Source: Trueperaceae bacterium (GTDB lineage Bacteria > Deinococcota > Deinococci > Deinococcales > Trueperaceae). From it: a stretch of 64,000 nt of DNA. The number at the start of each line of letters is the position of its first letter. Position 1 is the stretch's first letter. The notes below the pieces were generated by a model, which was given only the letters and a program-made list of their open reading frames with translations, was not told the origin of the DNA and did not search any database. The translations under genes and the position numbers were made by a program. Location of the stretch: contig OZ243913.1 in assembly GCA_965213705.1 (NCBI GenBank), positions 192,001 to 256,000 on the forward strand, written 5' to 3'. This document shows positions 53,252-63,739 of the stretch, one piece after another.

Positions 53252-53892
53252 TGCGTGGCGTACCTACCAAAAACGGTTTCACCATCGTCGAGCTGTTGGT
53301 CACGGCGTCCATCGTCGGGATTCTTTTAAGCATCGTGAGCGTCTTTTTTTCTCAACAAGCCAACGTCACCCGGCAAACACAGGCCAGCCAAGAAGCGGCC
53401 ATTAAAGCCCGCATGGTCGCCGAATTGCTGATTCAGGACCTGCAGGTGGCGGGCTCGAGCGTGGTTGTCGACGATAGCAAATCCAAAACGGTTCAGATAG
53501 GCTGTTCCGCCGGTGGCGTAAAGAAATGTATCGGCGCACCGGGTGGGGGTGCAGGAACAAAAGACAAAGTTTCGATGACTTATGCCACTTCGCTACGTGA
53601 CGAGCCGTGCCGAAACGTGAGTTACGACTTCAACGGCAGCACCTGGCGACGCGGCGAAGCTGTTTGTGGCAGCAACATAAACCATCAGCCTTTAGCAAGC
53701 AACATCCACAAGCTGAATATCGAGTACACCTGCGCCGACGATGACCCCGCTGTCGACGACCCGGCTATTTGCTACGCCAGAGATAGTTTTCCCCGACAAG
53801 CCAAAGTGACGGTGAGAGCGCGCGCAGACGACCTCGACACCGTCGAAGCAGAAGTAGAACTCACAACTACCATGCCCAACCTGAGGTACTGA
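53251..53892 (+). CDS. Type IV minor pilin (PilW-like)
   Basis: TKNG|FTIVELLV, QDLQVAG, C-terminal MPNL. Confidence 0.85.
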   Translation: MRGVPTKNGFTIVELLVTASIVGILLSIVSVFFSQQANVTRQTQASQEAAIKARMVAELLIQDLQVAGSSVVVDDSKSKTVQIGCSAGGVKKCIGAPGGGAGTKDKVSMTYATSLRDEPCRNVSYDFNGSTWRRGEAVCGSNINHQPLASNIHKLNIEYTCADDDPAVDDPAICYARDSFPRQAKVTVRARADDLDTVEAEVELTTTMPNLRY

Positions 53893-53901
53893 GGAGCCGT
53901 T

Positions 53902-55626
53902 ATGAGAAACCGTCAGGGTTTTATACTCATCACCGTTTTACTCGTTATGGTCGTGGTGGCGCTGCTGGTTGTCGGCACGGCGTTTACAACCCTTGTCAAC
54001 CGGGGCATCACCGCCAACCAGCAAGGTTCGACCGACGCTTACTACATCGCCAAAGCCGGAGCGGAAAAATATAAGACGGTAGTGTTCCAAACGTACCGGT
54101 ACTACCTAGGGCACCTTGACAAGTACAGAAGCAACAACGATTTGAAAGACAACTCCGCCTGCGGCAATTTTCTCAGAATCGGTTTGGACCTCAACCGAGA
54201 TGGGGACCTCGACGACTCAGTAGACCTTAGCGCTGAGGACCTTAGAAAAAAAGACGGTAGAACTCTGGGGCCTTTCAATGAGGGTAACGGCAGCTACACT
54301 ATAAAGTTTGAACTCGAGGATTCCGGGCGCTACGTTGTTCTGACTTCGGTAGGCCGTGTCGGCCGCTCGCGCTCCACCGTTCGGCTTGTTTTAGAGGCCA
54401 GAAACATCAGCCCAATGAGTAACGCACTGTTCGTCGGTGCTGGACAACCTGGCAACATTATTACAGGCGGAGTCAATATTTATGGCAGCGCGTACCTTAC
54501 AGGTAACGAAACCAACTTTAAAGACAGCAATCCGAATAATGACTATATATTTGACGAGAATAGCAGTTTCGCCGTTCACAACTTTTACGAGAAACCAACA
54601 CTGACTAACCTGTTCAAAGACAACACCAACGCCAAGGTTGAGGATTTTTTGAAAACCAATTTTCACGTCCAAAGAAACCTTTGTTCTACGCTGAGGGTAA
54701 AAAACGCCCGTGTAAAAGTGGGGAACAAAGTGAACCTCGGCGACGCTGACGTTCCTGGTTATACAGCCACACTTTCCGGCGTCCATGTGGGAACGGATTA
54801 TTCTGCTGACGTAAAGTTAACGGGCAGCGTCAACGTCTTCGCGGATTTGAAAACGAAGCTTGATGTTGATGAAATTAACTATCCCACTTTAGACAAGCCG
54901 TGTGAGCGTGACTCCAGTGAAACATGGCGTATTTGTCTAAACAAAGATGCTCAGAACCAGAACCCAAACGCCGACGAACCTGGTAGGCGTGGCATAGTTG
55001 TAAGTAATTCCACACCATCTGGTAGCTGGGGAAGCTGTGATTTGACTTCTATCCTCCCGCCCCCAGGTGACACTGTTTATTTTGGGACTATCAACCAAAC
55101 ATGTAAAGGTGCAGATTTATTGGGTAGACCTGTGGGGTTTGAATACAACTCAGGAGAACTCAAAGTGTTTGGACTGGTTCATTTTCAAGGACTGAACGTG
55201 GAATTTACGGAAAACACAAAGCTTAGGTTTGATGGTGGAGCAGGCTTTTTTGTTGAGAAGAAACCACCAGAGACCGGTGTCGGTGGCGACGTCACGATAT
55301 CTGGTGATTTTCTGCCTCGCAGTTCCTTTCCTTATCAAGAAGATGTATTAGGTGTTATTGCGGAAGGAAAGCTCGAGCTGACCGGCCCCACAAGTCAGGT
55401 GGTAGCAGGCGTTTTCTACGCTGGCGAAGAAGCCGACATCGCTGCCGGCGCGACCGTTTTTGGCTCGGTCATAACGAAAAAGCTCTGCGTAGCGGGCTGC
55501 ACTGCTAACGAAGAAGCGAACTTCGTCAAAATTCCCGACCTCGAGTACAACCTCCCACCGGGGTTCAGCCAACTTGCCGACACGACCGTCCCCACCTTCC
55601 GCGTCGCTTCGTTCGAGCGGCGTTAG
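53902..55626 (+). CDS. Large PilX/ComZ-like pilus tip pilin
   Basis: NRQG|FILITVLLV lacking Glu+5, AYYIAKAGAE, beta-rich body. Order matches Thermus pilA1-A2-A3-comZ. Confidence 0.75.
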   Translation: MRNRQGFILITVLLVMVVVALLVVGTAFTTLVNRGITANQQGSTDAYYIAKAGAEKYKTVVFQTYRYYLGHLDKYRSNNDLKDNSACGNFLRIGLDLNRDGDLDDSVDLSAEDLRKKDGRTLGPFNEGNGSYTIKFELEDSGRYVVLTSVGRVGRSRSTVRLVLEARNISPMSNALFVGAGQPGNIITGGVNIYGSAYLTGNETNFKDSNPNNDYIFDENSSFAVHNFYEKPTLTNLFKDNTNAKVEDFLKTNFHVQRNLCSTLRVKNARVKVGNKVNLGDADVPGYTATLSGVHVGTDYSADVKLTGSVNVFADLKTKLDVDEINYPTLDKPCERDSSETWRICLNKDAQNQNPNADEPGRRGIVVSNSTPSGSWGSCDLTSILPPPGDTVYFGTINQTCKGADLLGRPVGFEYNSGELKVFGLVHFQGLNVEFTENTKLRFDGGAGFFVEKKPPETGVGGDVTISGDFLPRSSFPYQEDVLGVIAEGKLELTGPTSQVVAGVFYAGEEADIAAGATVFGSVITKKLCVAGCTANEEANFVKIPDLEYNLPPGFSQLADTTVPTFRVASFERR

Positions 55627-55643
55627 CCAAAAAGCTTGAACCG

Positions 55644-57050
55644 TCAGCTAGTAGGCCGTCTACCAATCCGCCCCGCCGCTACCACGCTCAACAAAACCAG
55701 CCCCACACTGAAACACAGCGCGAACAGTATCCCGTAAACCTCGGTCAACCCCGAACCCAACGCGAGCGCGAACAGCGCCCCGCCGACGCCCGTGCTGATG
55801 GCGGCGGTAAACTGGTCGGCGAGCTGCAAGGACGCCGAGACCGCGCCCTCCTCCCCCGCCGGGGCCAGCGCAAAGGCGAGCACGGAACTGGACGAGTGCG
55901 CCAGACCGATGCCCAACCCCGCCAACATCCAGCCGCCTACGGTGATAAAAAGTGGATAGAAAGCCGTGAACAGGGCGAAAAGTTGCACGCCCAGTCCGAG
56001 CGACACGACAAGTGCGCCCGTAAGAATGCGCGTCGGGCGCTGTTCGCCCCCAAAGTGGGTGTCCAGTCGGTCTTGTGTCCAGGAGCCGAGCGTCCAGCTT
56101 ATCGCGCCGCTGGCAATCGCCAGCCCGGTCGTTGCCGAGGAAAAGCCGTGGACCGAAGTGAGTACGAGGGCTAAAAATGCCTCGACCCCGATAAAGCCTG
56201 CGTAGAACAGCCCCCGCGCCGCTACCACCGCGGGCAGCCCGCGGCGCAGCCGCAACGTGCCCGTGGGCAAGAGAAAGCGGAGGCTCAAAAACGCCAGCGC
56301 GGCCCCGGCGGCAACGGCGAACAGCGCGAGCGGCAAAGACTTCAAACCCAAACCGGCGAGCAGGGTGCCCGTTCCCAGTACCAAGCCAAAAGCCGGGCGC
56401 AATCGGTCCTTTTTGGTGGGTACACTGTCGGGCGCGCCGAGCCGCCGAAACACCGGGGTCGCCAGCAACGCGACCACACCCAGCAACGGCACCATCCCCC
56501 AAAACACCGCGCGCCAGCTCAGCGCCTGGGCGAGCAACCCGGCCAGCGCCGGGCCGACGAGGGCGGGCACCACCCAGGCGCTCGACATCAACGCGACGAG
56601 CCGGGGGCGCAACGTGTCCGGGTAAGCGACGTTGACGGCGGCGTAGAGCGCGGTCAGAATCGCGCCGCCCCCCAAACCCTGCACTACGCGGCCTGCGATG
56701 AGCAACGTCATGTTGGGTGCAAACCCGCTCAGCAGCAGACCCGCCGCGAACAGCGTCAAACCGCCCAAAAACGGGCGGCCGGGGCCGTGGCGGTCGGCCT
56801 GCACGCCGCCGACGACGGTGCCGAGCAGCGAACTCAGCAAAAAGCCGCTGAACAGCCAGCCGTAGAGGGCCCGCCCGGAAAGCGCCGCGGCTATCCGGGG
56901 CGCAACGGTCACGACCGCCAAACTTTCGAACGCAAAGAGGGTGACGCCCAAAACGATGCCGAGCGTCAAGGCCCAGTGTTGCGCGTCGAGCACGCCCTGC
57001 GGCTCGTCGGTGGGTAAGCTTTCGGGTAGGGTCGGCAAGGGGGCGGGCAT
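55644..57050 (-). CDS. MFS transporter (drug:H+ antiporter-like)
   Basis: Many TM helices, ADRHGPGR motif A, GRVVQGLGGG. Confidence 0.88.
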   Translation of the reverse strand: MPAPLPTLPESLPTDEPQGVLDAQHWALTLGIVLGVTLFAFESLAVVTVAPRIAAALSGRALYGWLFSGFLLSSLLGTVVGGVQADRHGPGRPFLGGLTLFAAGLLLSGFAPNMTLLIAGRVVQGLGGGAILTALYAAVNVAYPDTLRPRLVALMSSAWVVPALVGPALAGLLAQALSWRAVFWGMVPLLGVVALLATPVFRRLGAPDSVPTKKDRLRPAFGLVLGTGTLLAGLGLKSLPLALFAVAAGAALAFLSLRFLLPTGTLRLRRGLPAVVAARGLFYAGFIGVEAFLALVLTSVHGFSSATTGLAIASGAISWTLGSWTQDRLDTHFGGEQRPTRILTGALVVSLGLGVQLFALFTAFYPLFITVGGWMLAGLGIGLAHSSSSVLAFALAPAGEEGAVSASLQLADQFTAAISTGVGGALFALALGSGLTEVYGILFALCFSVGLVLLSVVAAGRIGRRPTS

Positions 57051-57156
57051 CGGTTCAGCGTTCAACCGTAGCACGCCCCGACACGTTCAATTGGAGGCGG
57101 AAGCTCGAGCCGCTACACCTCAGGTGGAACCAAAGGTTTAACTCCACCCCAAGAAA

Positions 57157-57873
57157 TTACTGAAGCGTGCGCTTAAAAAAGTCCACCATCTCGCTGAAGG
57201 CGTCGTCGGCAATAGCGTCGGTGCGCAGTTGACCGTCTTGAAGCATGAACCCGTGCGGCTCGCCCTGATACACTTTCAGTTCGAAGCGTTTACCCGCCGC
57301 GTCGAGTTCGCCCGCGTACTTGTAAATGTCGCCGATGGCGCTCGGCCGGTCGGCGGTGCCGTGCAAGATGAGGAGCGGCGCGTTTAAGTCGTTGACCAAA
57401 TTGGCCGGCTGCGTTTCGCCCGCATAAGGAAACCCGTACCAGGCGACGCCCGCTTTGAACATGTCCAACTGCGGCAACAGCAGCATGGTGTAGCGCCCGC
57501 CCGCGCAAAAACCAGTCAGGCCGATGTTCTCAGCAGCGACGTCGTCCCGCTCACGCAAAAAGGCGACGCCGTCCTGGACGAGTTGCGACACCGTCCCGTC
57601 GGTAGGCTCTTTTTCAAACGTTTGCCAACCCACCGTCAGGACGACGAAGCCCTCTTCGGCAAAGCGGTCGGTTAAGGTGCGGTAGCCCTCCTCGAGCCCG
57701 TTGAACGAGTGAACCAGGACGACGCCCGGATACGTTCCCGCCTCGCTCGGCGCGGCGAGGTAAGACGCGTAAGCCTGCCCCCCGCTCATAATGTCGACGT
57801 CTTGCCCCTGGGCCAGTCCCGTACTCACTATCCCCAACAAAAGCGTTAACAGTCCTGCAAACCAAAGTTTCAC
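57157..57873 (-). CDS. Exported dienelactone hydrolase family protein
   Basis: AAGGAG RBS, signal peptide, GFCAGG nucleophile, HGTAD, HGF. Confidence 0.88.
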   Translation of the reverse strand: MKLWFAGLLTLLLGIVSTGLAQGQDVDIMSGGQAYASYLAAPSEAGTYPGVVLVHSFNGLEEGYRTLTDRFAEEGFVVLTVGWQTFEKEPTDGTVSQLVQDGVAFLRERDDVAAENIGLTGFCAGGRYTMLLLPQLDMFKAGVAWYGFPYAGETQPANLVNDLNAPLLILHGTADRPSAIGDIYKYAGELDAAGKRFELKVYQGEPHGFMLQDGQLRTDAIADDAFSEMVDFFKRTLQ

Positions 57874-58108
57874 AAAGTTCTCCTTTCTGTGACGTCTCAG
57901 TTTAAGGGTTGAAGGCCGGGAAAACTGTAACTGTCCTCGAGGCCTGCCGTTCCGAAAAGAACGAAACGTAACGAAGAACCTCGTTTGTCTCACCGCTTGA
58001 GATTTTTTCGCCATCGCTCAGGACGACGGTCAGAGTGGCGCCGGAAAGCTGGGGGGCATCTCCCTCAACGGATTTTTTCACACGTCGCCGGTACGGTATT
58101 CTCACATC

Positions 58109-59389
58109 ATGGATGTTTCCAGTACCCCTCAACTCGCCGAGCTACAGCAGCAGTACGAGGCCTTCAAGGCGTTGGGTTTAAACCTCACCATGCAGCGCGG
58201 TCAGCCGAGCGACGCGGACTTAGACTTGTCGAACCCTCTCCTCAACGCGGTCGGGCCGGACGACACGGTGACGCCCTCGGGCTTGGACGTGCGCAACTAC
58301 GGCGGCGGCGTGGCGGGTTTGCCGGAGGCGCGTGAGTTGTTCGCCGAAGTGTTGGAAGTACAGCCGAGCGAGGTCATGGTCGGCAACAACGCCTCGCTCG
58401 AGCTGCAAGGCCACGTCCTGAGCTGGGCGCTGCTGCGCGGCCTGACTCACAGCTCCGCGCCTTGGGTCGGGCAAAAGCCCAAGATGATAGTCACCGTGCC
58501 CGGCTACGACCGGCACTTTTTGCTGCTCGAGGCGCTGGGCTTTGAACTCGTTACCGTGAGCATGACGCCGGACGGCCCCGATATGGACGCGGTCGAACGG
58601 CTGGCAGCGAGCGACCCGTCGGTCAAGGGCCTCTTGTTCGTGCCGACCTACAGCAACCCGACCGGCGACACGCTGAGCGAGGCGAACGCACACCGTTTAG
58701 CTCAAATGGCTACCGTCGCGCCCGACTTCACGATTTTCGCCGACGATGCTTACCGGATTCACCATCTTGTTGAAAACCAACCCGCGCCGCCCAACCTGCT
58801 GCAAATTTGCAAGGAGGCCGGGCATGGGGACCGGGTTTACGTCTTCGCCTCAACCTCCAAGGTCACTTTCGGCGGGGCCGGACTCGGTTTTTTGGCGACG
58901 AGCGAGGCGAATGTGGCGTACCTCAGCAGGCTGCTCGGCACGCAGACCATCGGGCCGAACAAGCTCGAGCAGTACCGCCACGTCAAGTTTTTGCGGAGCT
59001 ATCCCGGCGGCATCGCCGGACTGATGCGCGACCACGCCACCCTCATCGCGCCTAAGTTCGCAGCGGTGCAAGAGGTTCTGGAACGCGACCTCGGCGGAAG
59101 CGGCTTGGCGACTTGGACGCAGCCCAGGGGCGGGTACTTCGTCACCCTCGAGACAGCCCGACCCGTCGCCGCTCGAGTTGTCGAACTCGCCGCGGCGGCG
59201 GGTGTCTCGCTCACTCCGGCGGGGGCAACCCATCCCGGTGGGCACGACCCCAAAAACAGCACCCTCCGCCTGGCACCGACCCGCCCGCCGGCTGAGGAAG
59301 TCCGGCGGGCGATGGAGGTTATAGCGGTGTGCGTCAGGCTGGCGTCGGCGGAGTACGAAGCGGAGCAAAGAGAACCAGAGGGAAGTTGA
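58109..59389 (+). CDS. PLP-dependent class I aminotransferase (Rv3722c-like aspartate aminotransferase)
   Basis: LTMQRGQP, VPGYDRHF, VPTYSNPTG, DDAY, STSKVTF, LRLAPT. Confidence 0.85.
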   Translation: MDVSSTPQLAELQQQYEAFKALGLNLTMQRGQPSDADLDLSNPLLNAVGPDDTVTPSGLDVRNYGGGVAGLPEARELFAEVLEVQPSEVMVGNNASLELQGHVLSWALLRGLTHSSAPWVGQKPKMIVTVPGYDRHFLLLEALGFELVTVSMTPDGPDMDAVERLAASDPSVKGLLFVPTYSNPTGDTLSEANAHRLAQMATVAPDFTIFADDAYRIHHLVENQPAPPNLLQICKEAGHGDRVYVFASTSKVTFGGAGLGFLATSEANVAYLSRLLGTQTIGPNKLEQYRHVKFLRSYPGGIAGLMRDHATLIAPKFAAVQEVLERDLGGSGLATWTQPRGGYFVTLETARPVAARVVELAAAAGVSLTPAGATHPGGHDPKNSTLRLAPTRPPAEEVRRAMEVIAVCVRLASAEYEAEQREPEGS

Positions 59390-59477
59390 AAGTTGTTTCT
59401 TCTCTTTGCTCCTTACTTTCCAGTCGTTCTAAACGAAAGCTGGCCTGCGAGGTAACCCTTTAAACAAGCTGTTTTAT

Positions 59478-59575
59478 TCCCCTCTTGTCAGGAGGGGCCA
59501 GGGGAGGTTCGCTTCTGAGACTGCTTCAGCAAGTTGTTGGAAGCAAATCCCCCCAACCCCCCCTTGTTAAGGGGA
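59478..59575. repeat. C/G-tract composite palindrome between convergent genes
   Basis: CCCCTCTTGTCAGGAGGGGCCAGGGGAGG ... TCCCCCCAACCCCCCTTGTTAAGGGGA. Confidence 0.6.
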
Positions 59576-59584
59576 TAACCTTTT

Positions 59585-60928
59585 TTACTCTCCTTTGTAG
59601 AACTCGAGCCCCACCGCCGTGCGCGGCTTGAAGCCCTCCCAGTAGGTGTAGTCCTCGGTGGGCGCGCCGCTGTCGTCGACTGCGTACACGCCGTCGTTGG
59701 ACAGCGGCACGAGGTCCAAGTACGCGCCGTAGTCCTCATTTTTAAGTTTTTCGCCCAAAAACGCGGTGACGAAGTGCTGGTTGATGTTGTTGATGCGCGT
59801 CTCGTCCCAGGCGAACTCGGCGTAGCGGGAATACTCGGTCAGGTTGACCTGCGCCGCGGCGGGCGGCGGGTTTGGGGCGACGTTGTGGCGGGCGTTTTCG
59901 TAGACGAGCATGTAGCGCTCGGCGTTGACGGCGTTTTCGAACAGGTACTTGACGCCGCCCTCGTAACCGGCCACGTCGTCCTCTGAGCCGACGATGAACA
60001 GCGTCGGCACCGTGAGCCCGGCCAAACCTTCCGGGTCCCAGAACGAAGCGCCCGGCTGGCCTATGGCTTCCAGCGCGGCCGGACCGCCCCAGGGCGCGAA
60101 GGCGACGACGGCTTTCACACGGGGGTCGGCCTCAATGTTGCCCGCCTGCCGCACCGACAGCGCGCCGCCCGGTACGAAGCCCGAAGCGACCATCCCCTCG
60201 GTGTAGCCCGCCCCGGCCACGTTGAGCGCGCCGTAGCCGCCCATCGAGTAGCCGATGATGGCGGTGTTGTTCGGGTCAACCAGGCCGGACAAGAAATCAT
60301 CGCCCGCGTTCAGGCGCTCCATTTCGTCAATGGTGAAAATCTGGTCGAGCGAGCGGTTGAGCAGCGTGCTGGCGAAACCCTGCACGTTCTCAAACGTCGA
60401 TTCGGTGTGGCCGACGGCGGCGACGACGTAGCCCTTCGAGGCGAGGTTTTCGGCCAAATAGGTCATCATCAGGCGTGAGCCCGGATAACCGTGGGACAGC
60501 ACGACGAGCGGGTACGGCGCGCCGGAAGCGTCCGGCTCGGCGTCGCGGGTGGCGCGGCCCCGGAATTCAAAGGGGATATTCGGACGCTCGGCGTTGTCGG
60601 GACCGTAGCCGAGGACGTCCTGGTAAACTGTCCCCTCCTCTTCCGAGTGGGACATGGCGGTGGGATAAAAAACCTCGAGGGTCAGCGGGCGGTCATAGCG
60701 CGGGTCGGGGGTCTCCTCGGTGAGTGCCAACACGTCGAGTTGGTCGGGGTTGACGGCTTCGATAGTACGCACGCCGATGTTGTAACTTCCCGGCGCGGCG
60801 AGTTCGGGCGCGTCCGGGCGGGGGTCGCCGAAGACGAAGTCGCCCGAGCCGGGCATCTGGGCGAAGGCAGCGGACAAAGTAGCGAGCGTTATCACAAGTA
60901 GAAAAGGCAGCGGGCGGAAACGGTTCAT
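59585..60928 (-). CDS. Exported alpha/beta hydrolase (predicted dienelactone hydrolase / PAF-AH-like)
   Basis: Signal peptide, [23 protein letters not shown]. Confidence 0.85.
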   Translation of the reverse strand: MNRFRPLPFLLVITLATLSAAFAQMPGSGDFVFGDPRPDAPELAAPGSYNIGVRTIEAVNPDQLDVLALTEETPDPRYDRPLTLEVFYPTAMSHSEEEGTVYQDVLGYGPDNAERPNIPFEFRGRATRDAEPDASGAPYPLVVLSHGYPGSRLMMTYLAENLASKGYVVAAVGHTESTFENVQGFASTLLNRSLDQIFTIDEMERLNAGDDFLSGLVDPNNTAIIGYSMGGYGALNVAGAGYTEGMVASGFVPGGALSVRQAGNIEADPRVKAVVAFAPWGGPAALEAIGQPGASFWDPEGLAGLTVPTLFIVGSEDDVAGYEGGVKYLFENAVNAERYMLVYENARHNVAPNPPPAAAQVNLTEYSRYAEFAWDETRINNINQHFVTAFLGEKLKNEDYGAYLDLVPLSNDGVYAVDDSGAPTEDYTYWEGFKPRTAVGLEFYKGE

Positions 60929-61009
60929 AAAACTCCCTTTGAGATGTGGTCTCAGATGTCACTATAGCCCTTTAGGAGGTGCGGGGTTAAAGGGTATCCT
61001 GGTGGAACT

Positions 61010-62404
61010 ATGGACCAGACAAGCGTCAAACCCAGAGAGTTCGACGTCGTCGTCGTCGGCACCGGCCCCGGCGGCGAGGGCGCGGCGATGCAGGCGGTCA
61101 AGGGCGGCAAAAGCGTCGCCGTGATGGAGCGCTACCAGGCCATCGGCGGCGGTTGTACGCACTGGGGCACCATTCCCAGCAAGACGATTCGCTACGGCAT
61201 CCACCAACTCTCCGAAGCCAAACAGCAACTGCGCGACCAGGATTTGCAAGTGGACTATTCGTTTCCCGACTTGCGCGCCCAGGCCGACACAGTGATAAAC
61301 GAACAGGTCGACATGCGCCGCGGCTTTTACGACCGCAACGACGTGCCCGTCATCAAGGGCAACGCCCACTTCTTAGACGAGCACACCCTGCAGTCCGACG
61401 ACGGGCTGCACTACTGCGCCGAGACCTTTGTGATTGCTACCGGCTCACGGCCCTACCACCCTAAAGACGTGGACTTCGGCCACCCGCGCATTTTCGACAG
61501 CGACACCGTCCTGGACTTGGCGTTTACGCCGCACTCCATCACCATCTACGGCGCGGGCGTCATCGGCTGCGAGTACGCCAGCATGTTCCGCAACTTAGGG
61601 ATGAAGGTCAACCTCATCAACACTCGAGACAAGCTGCTGAGTTTTTTAGACGACGAGATTATCGACGCGCTGTCTTACCACCTGCGCGACCAGGGCTGCC
61701 TCCTCCGTCACAACGAAGAATACGAGGCCATCGAGGGCGCGCGCGACGGCGTGGTGCTGTACTTGAAAAGCGGCAAGCAGGTCAAAAGCGACATTTTGTT
61801 GTGGGCCAACGGGCGCACCGGCAACACCGACACGTTGGGCCTCGAGTGCGCGGGCTTAAGCGCCAACTCGCGCGGCCAGTTGGAAGTGAACGAAAACTTT
61901 CAAACCGCCAAACCCCACATCTACGCCGTCGGCGACGTGATTGGCCCGCCCGCGTTGGCGAGCGCCGCTTATACCCAGGGCCGCGCCGCGGTGATGCACC
62001 TGCTCGGTTTGGACGAGCACGTCAACCGGCCTCACGACATCCCCACCGGCATCTACACGAGTCCCGAAATCAGCTCCATCGGCAAGACCGAACGCGAACT
62101 CACCGAGGAGCGCGTCCCCTACGAGGTCGGCCACGCGCATTTTAAGAACATCGCTCGAGCCCAAATCCTGGGTCGCCCCGTGGGCCAGCTCAAACTCCTC
62201 TTTCACCGCGAAACTTTGGCGCTGCTGGGCATTCACTGTTTCGGCGTGAACGCCGCCGAAATCATCCACATCGGGCAGGCCATTATGTCGCAGCAGGGCG
62301 AGGCCAACAGCCTGCTCTACTTCCTCGACACGACCTTCAACTATCCGACGATGGCCGAGGCGTACCGGGTGGCGGCGCTGAACGGGTACAACAGGCTGTT
62401 CTGA
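61010..62404 (+). CDS. sthA: Soluble pyridine nucleotide transhydrogenase
   Basis: [23 protein letters not shown] (CxxxxT), [19 protein letters not shown]. Confidence 0.93.
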   Translation: MDQTSVKPREFDVVVVGTGPGGEGAAMQAVKGGKSVAVMERYQAIGGGCTHWGTIPSKTIRYGIHQLSEAKQQLRDQDLQVDYSFPDLRAQADTVINEQVDMRRGFYDRNDVPVIKGNAHFLDEHTLQSDDGLHYCAETFVIATGSRPYHPKDVDFGHPRIFDSDTVLDLAFTPHSITIYGAGVIGCEYASMFRNLGMKVNLINTRDKLLSFLDDEIIDALSYHLRDQGCLLRHNEEYEAIEGARDGVVLYLKSGKQVKSDILLWANGRTGNTDTLGLECAGLSANSRGQLEVNENFQTAKPHIYAVGDVIGPPALASAAYTQGRAAVMHLLGLDEHVNRPHDIPTGIYTSPEISSIGKTERELTEERVPYEVGHAHFKNIARAQILGRPVGQLKLLFHRETLALLGIHCFGVNAAEIIHIGQAIMSQQGEANSLLYFLDTTFNYPTMAEAYRVAALNGYNRLF

Positions 62405-62417
62405 ATATAATCGACCC

Positions 62418-62624
62418 ATGAGCATCAGCGAGCTAACTACAGTTGTCGCAAAACTGCCCGACAACTTGCAGCAGGAGGTTTATGATTTCGCCAGCTTTCT
62501 GCTCGCAACCAAAGTGGAAAAAGCGCCCCTTACCCGTGTAGCTGGACTTCATAAAGGGAATATCGAGATGAGTGACGATTTCGACGAGCCGCTCGAGGAT
62601 TCTTTTTGGCTGGGCGAGGATTGA
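62418..62624 (+). CDS. DUF2281-like antitoxin
   Basis: LPDNLQQEVYDFASFLL, GLHKGNIEMSDDFDEPLED. TATAAT-6nt-ATG. Confidence 0.82.
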   Translation: MSISELTTVVAKLPDNLQQEVYDFASFLLATKVEKAPLTRVAGLHKGNIEMSDDFDEPLEDSFWLGED

Positions 62625-63007
62625 AGCTTTTACTTGATACGCACACGTTTCTTTGGTGGGACGCCTCACCAGAAAAGCTGTCTCAGGTAGCTCACGACGT
62701 CCTAGCAGATTCCAAAAACGCGCTTAATTTAAGTGTTGTGAGTGTGTGGGAAATGCAAATCAAATCTCAGCTTGGCGAGCTCACCCTGCGCACCCAGCTT
62801 GATACCGTCGTGCGGGAGCAGCGGAAACGAAACGGCGTCACCCTTTTACCTTTGCGCCTAAACCATATCTACGCCCTCAAAAACTTGCCGCAACACCACA
62901 AAGACCCCTTTGACCGCTTGCTTATCGCCCAAGCAGAAACCGAGAACATGACACTTATGAGCAAAGACGCAGCGCTCCGCGCCTACGGTGTCGAGACAAT
63001 TTGGTGA
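62621..63007 (+). CDS. vapC: PIN-domain toxin (VapC family)
   Basis: LLLDTHTFLW, SVWEMQIK, HKDPFDRLLIAQA. Confidence 0.92.
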   Translation: MKLLLDTHTFLWWDASPEKLSQVAHDVLADSKNALNLSVVSVWEMQIKSQLGELTLRTQLDTVVREQRKRNGVTLLPLRLNHIYALKNLPQHHKDPFDRLLIAQAETENMTLMSKDAALRAYGVETIW

Positions 63008-63027
63008 TAAGGATTTAGGAGAAAAAC

Positions 63028-63270
63028 TTAGTGCCGCTGTTCGCGGATATAGGCTACAGCGTCGTTCCGCGTCGCCTCTTGCAACTCGCTAAAGTCGAAC
63101 TCCGCAAGGACGCCGTCTAAAACTGCATCAATCGGCGGGCGCACCCTCGAGACTTGCAACGTTCCGTCCACGACTTCGTAAGCCACCACGTCGCCCGGCT
63201 TGACGCCCAGCGCTTTACGCACCTCGGCGGGTAGCGTGAGCTGATACTTGCTGCTGACTTTACCCTGCAT
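63028..63270 (-). CDS. AbrB/MazE/SpoVT-type antitoxin, orphan
   Basis: GAGGT RBS, KVSSKYQLTLPAEVRKALGVKPGD. Confidence 0.85.
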   Translation of the reverse strand: MQGKVSSKYQLTLPAEVRKALGVKPGDVVAYEVVDGTLQVSRVRPPIDAVLDGVLAEFDFSELQEATRNDAVAYIREQRH

Positions 63271-63496
63271 GACTTACCTCTTTCGCTTACCATTATAGTA
63301 AGCTCCTATCGACTTGAACTCTGTAGCTTGTTCAGGCTTGGCACGCCACGCCCAAATAACAAAGTGGGTGTTGACGCCTTCACGTCCCGCGTCTTTGGCA
63401 ACCTGTTAAACTCGCCTCACCCACGTGAGAGGCAGGGCATGTCGCTACAGCTCATCAACCAGTATTACAGCAAGCTCAGGCCTGCTAAACTAGCTT

Positions 63497-63739
63497 ATGC
63501 AAAGCAGCCAGGTAGAAGTCAGCATTGTCGAAACCAACCTTGATGAACTTTTGACCCGCGTCGAGCAGGGCGAAGAAATCGTCATCACGCGGCGCGGGAA
63601 ACCTGTCGCCACACTCTCGCAAGCAAAGCGAGTGTTCAAGCCCTTCACGTCCCACACCAAGCTTCTCGCCTCTCAACCTGAGGCGAAAACAAGCAGCGTT
63701 GACACCCTCACAGCCTTGCGCGACGAGGCACGCTACTGA
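63497..63739 (+). CDS. Phd/YefM family antitoxin
   Basis: LDELLTRVEQGEEIVITRRGKPVATL, LTALRDEARY. Confidence 0.88.
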   Translation: MQSSQVEVSIVETNLDELLTRVEQGEEIVITRRGKPVATLSQAKRVFKPFTSHTKLLASQPEAKTSSVDTLTALRDEARY

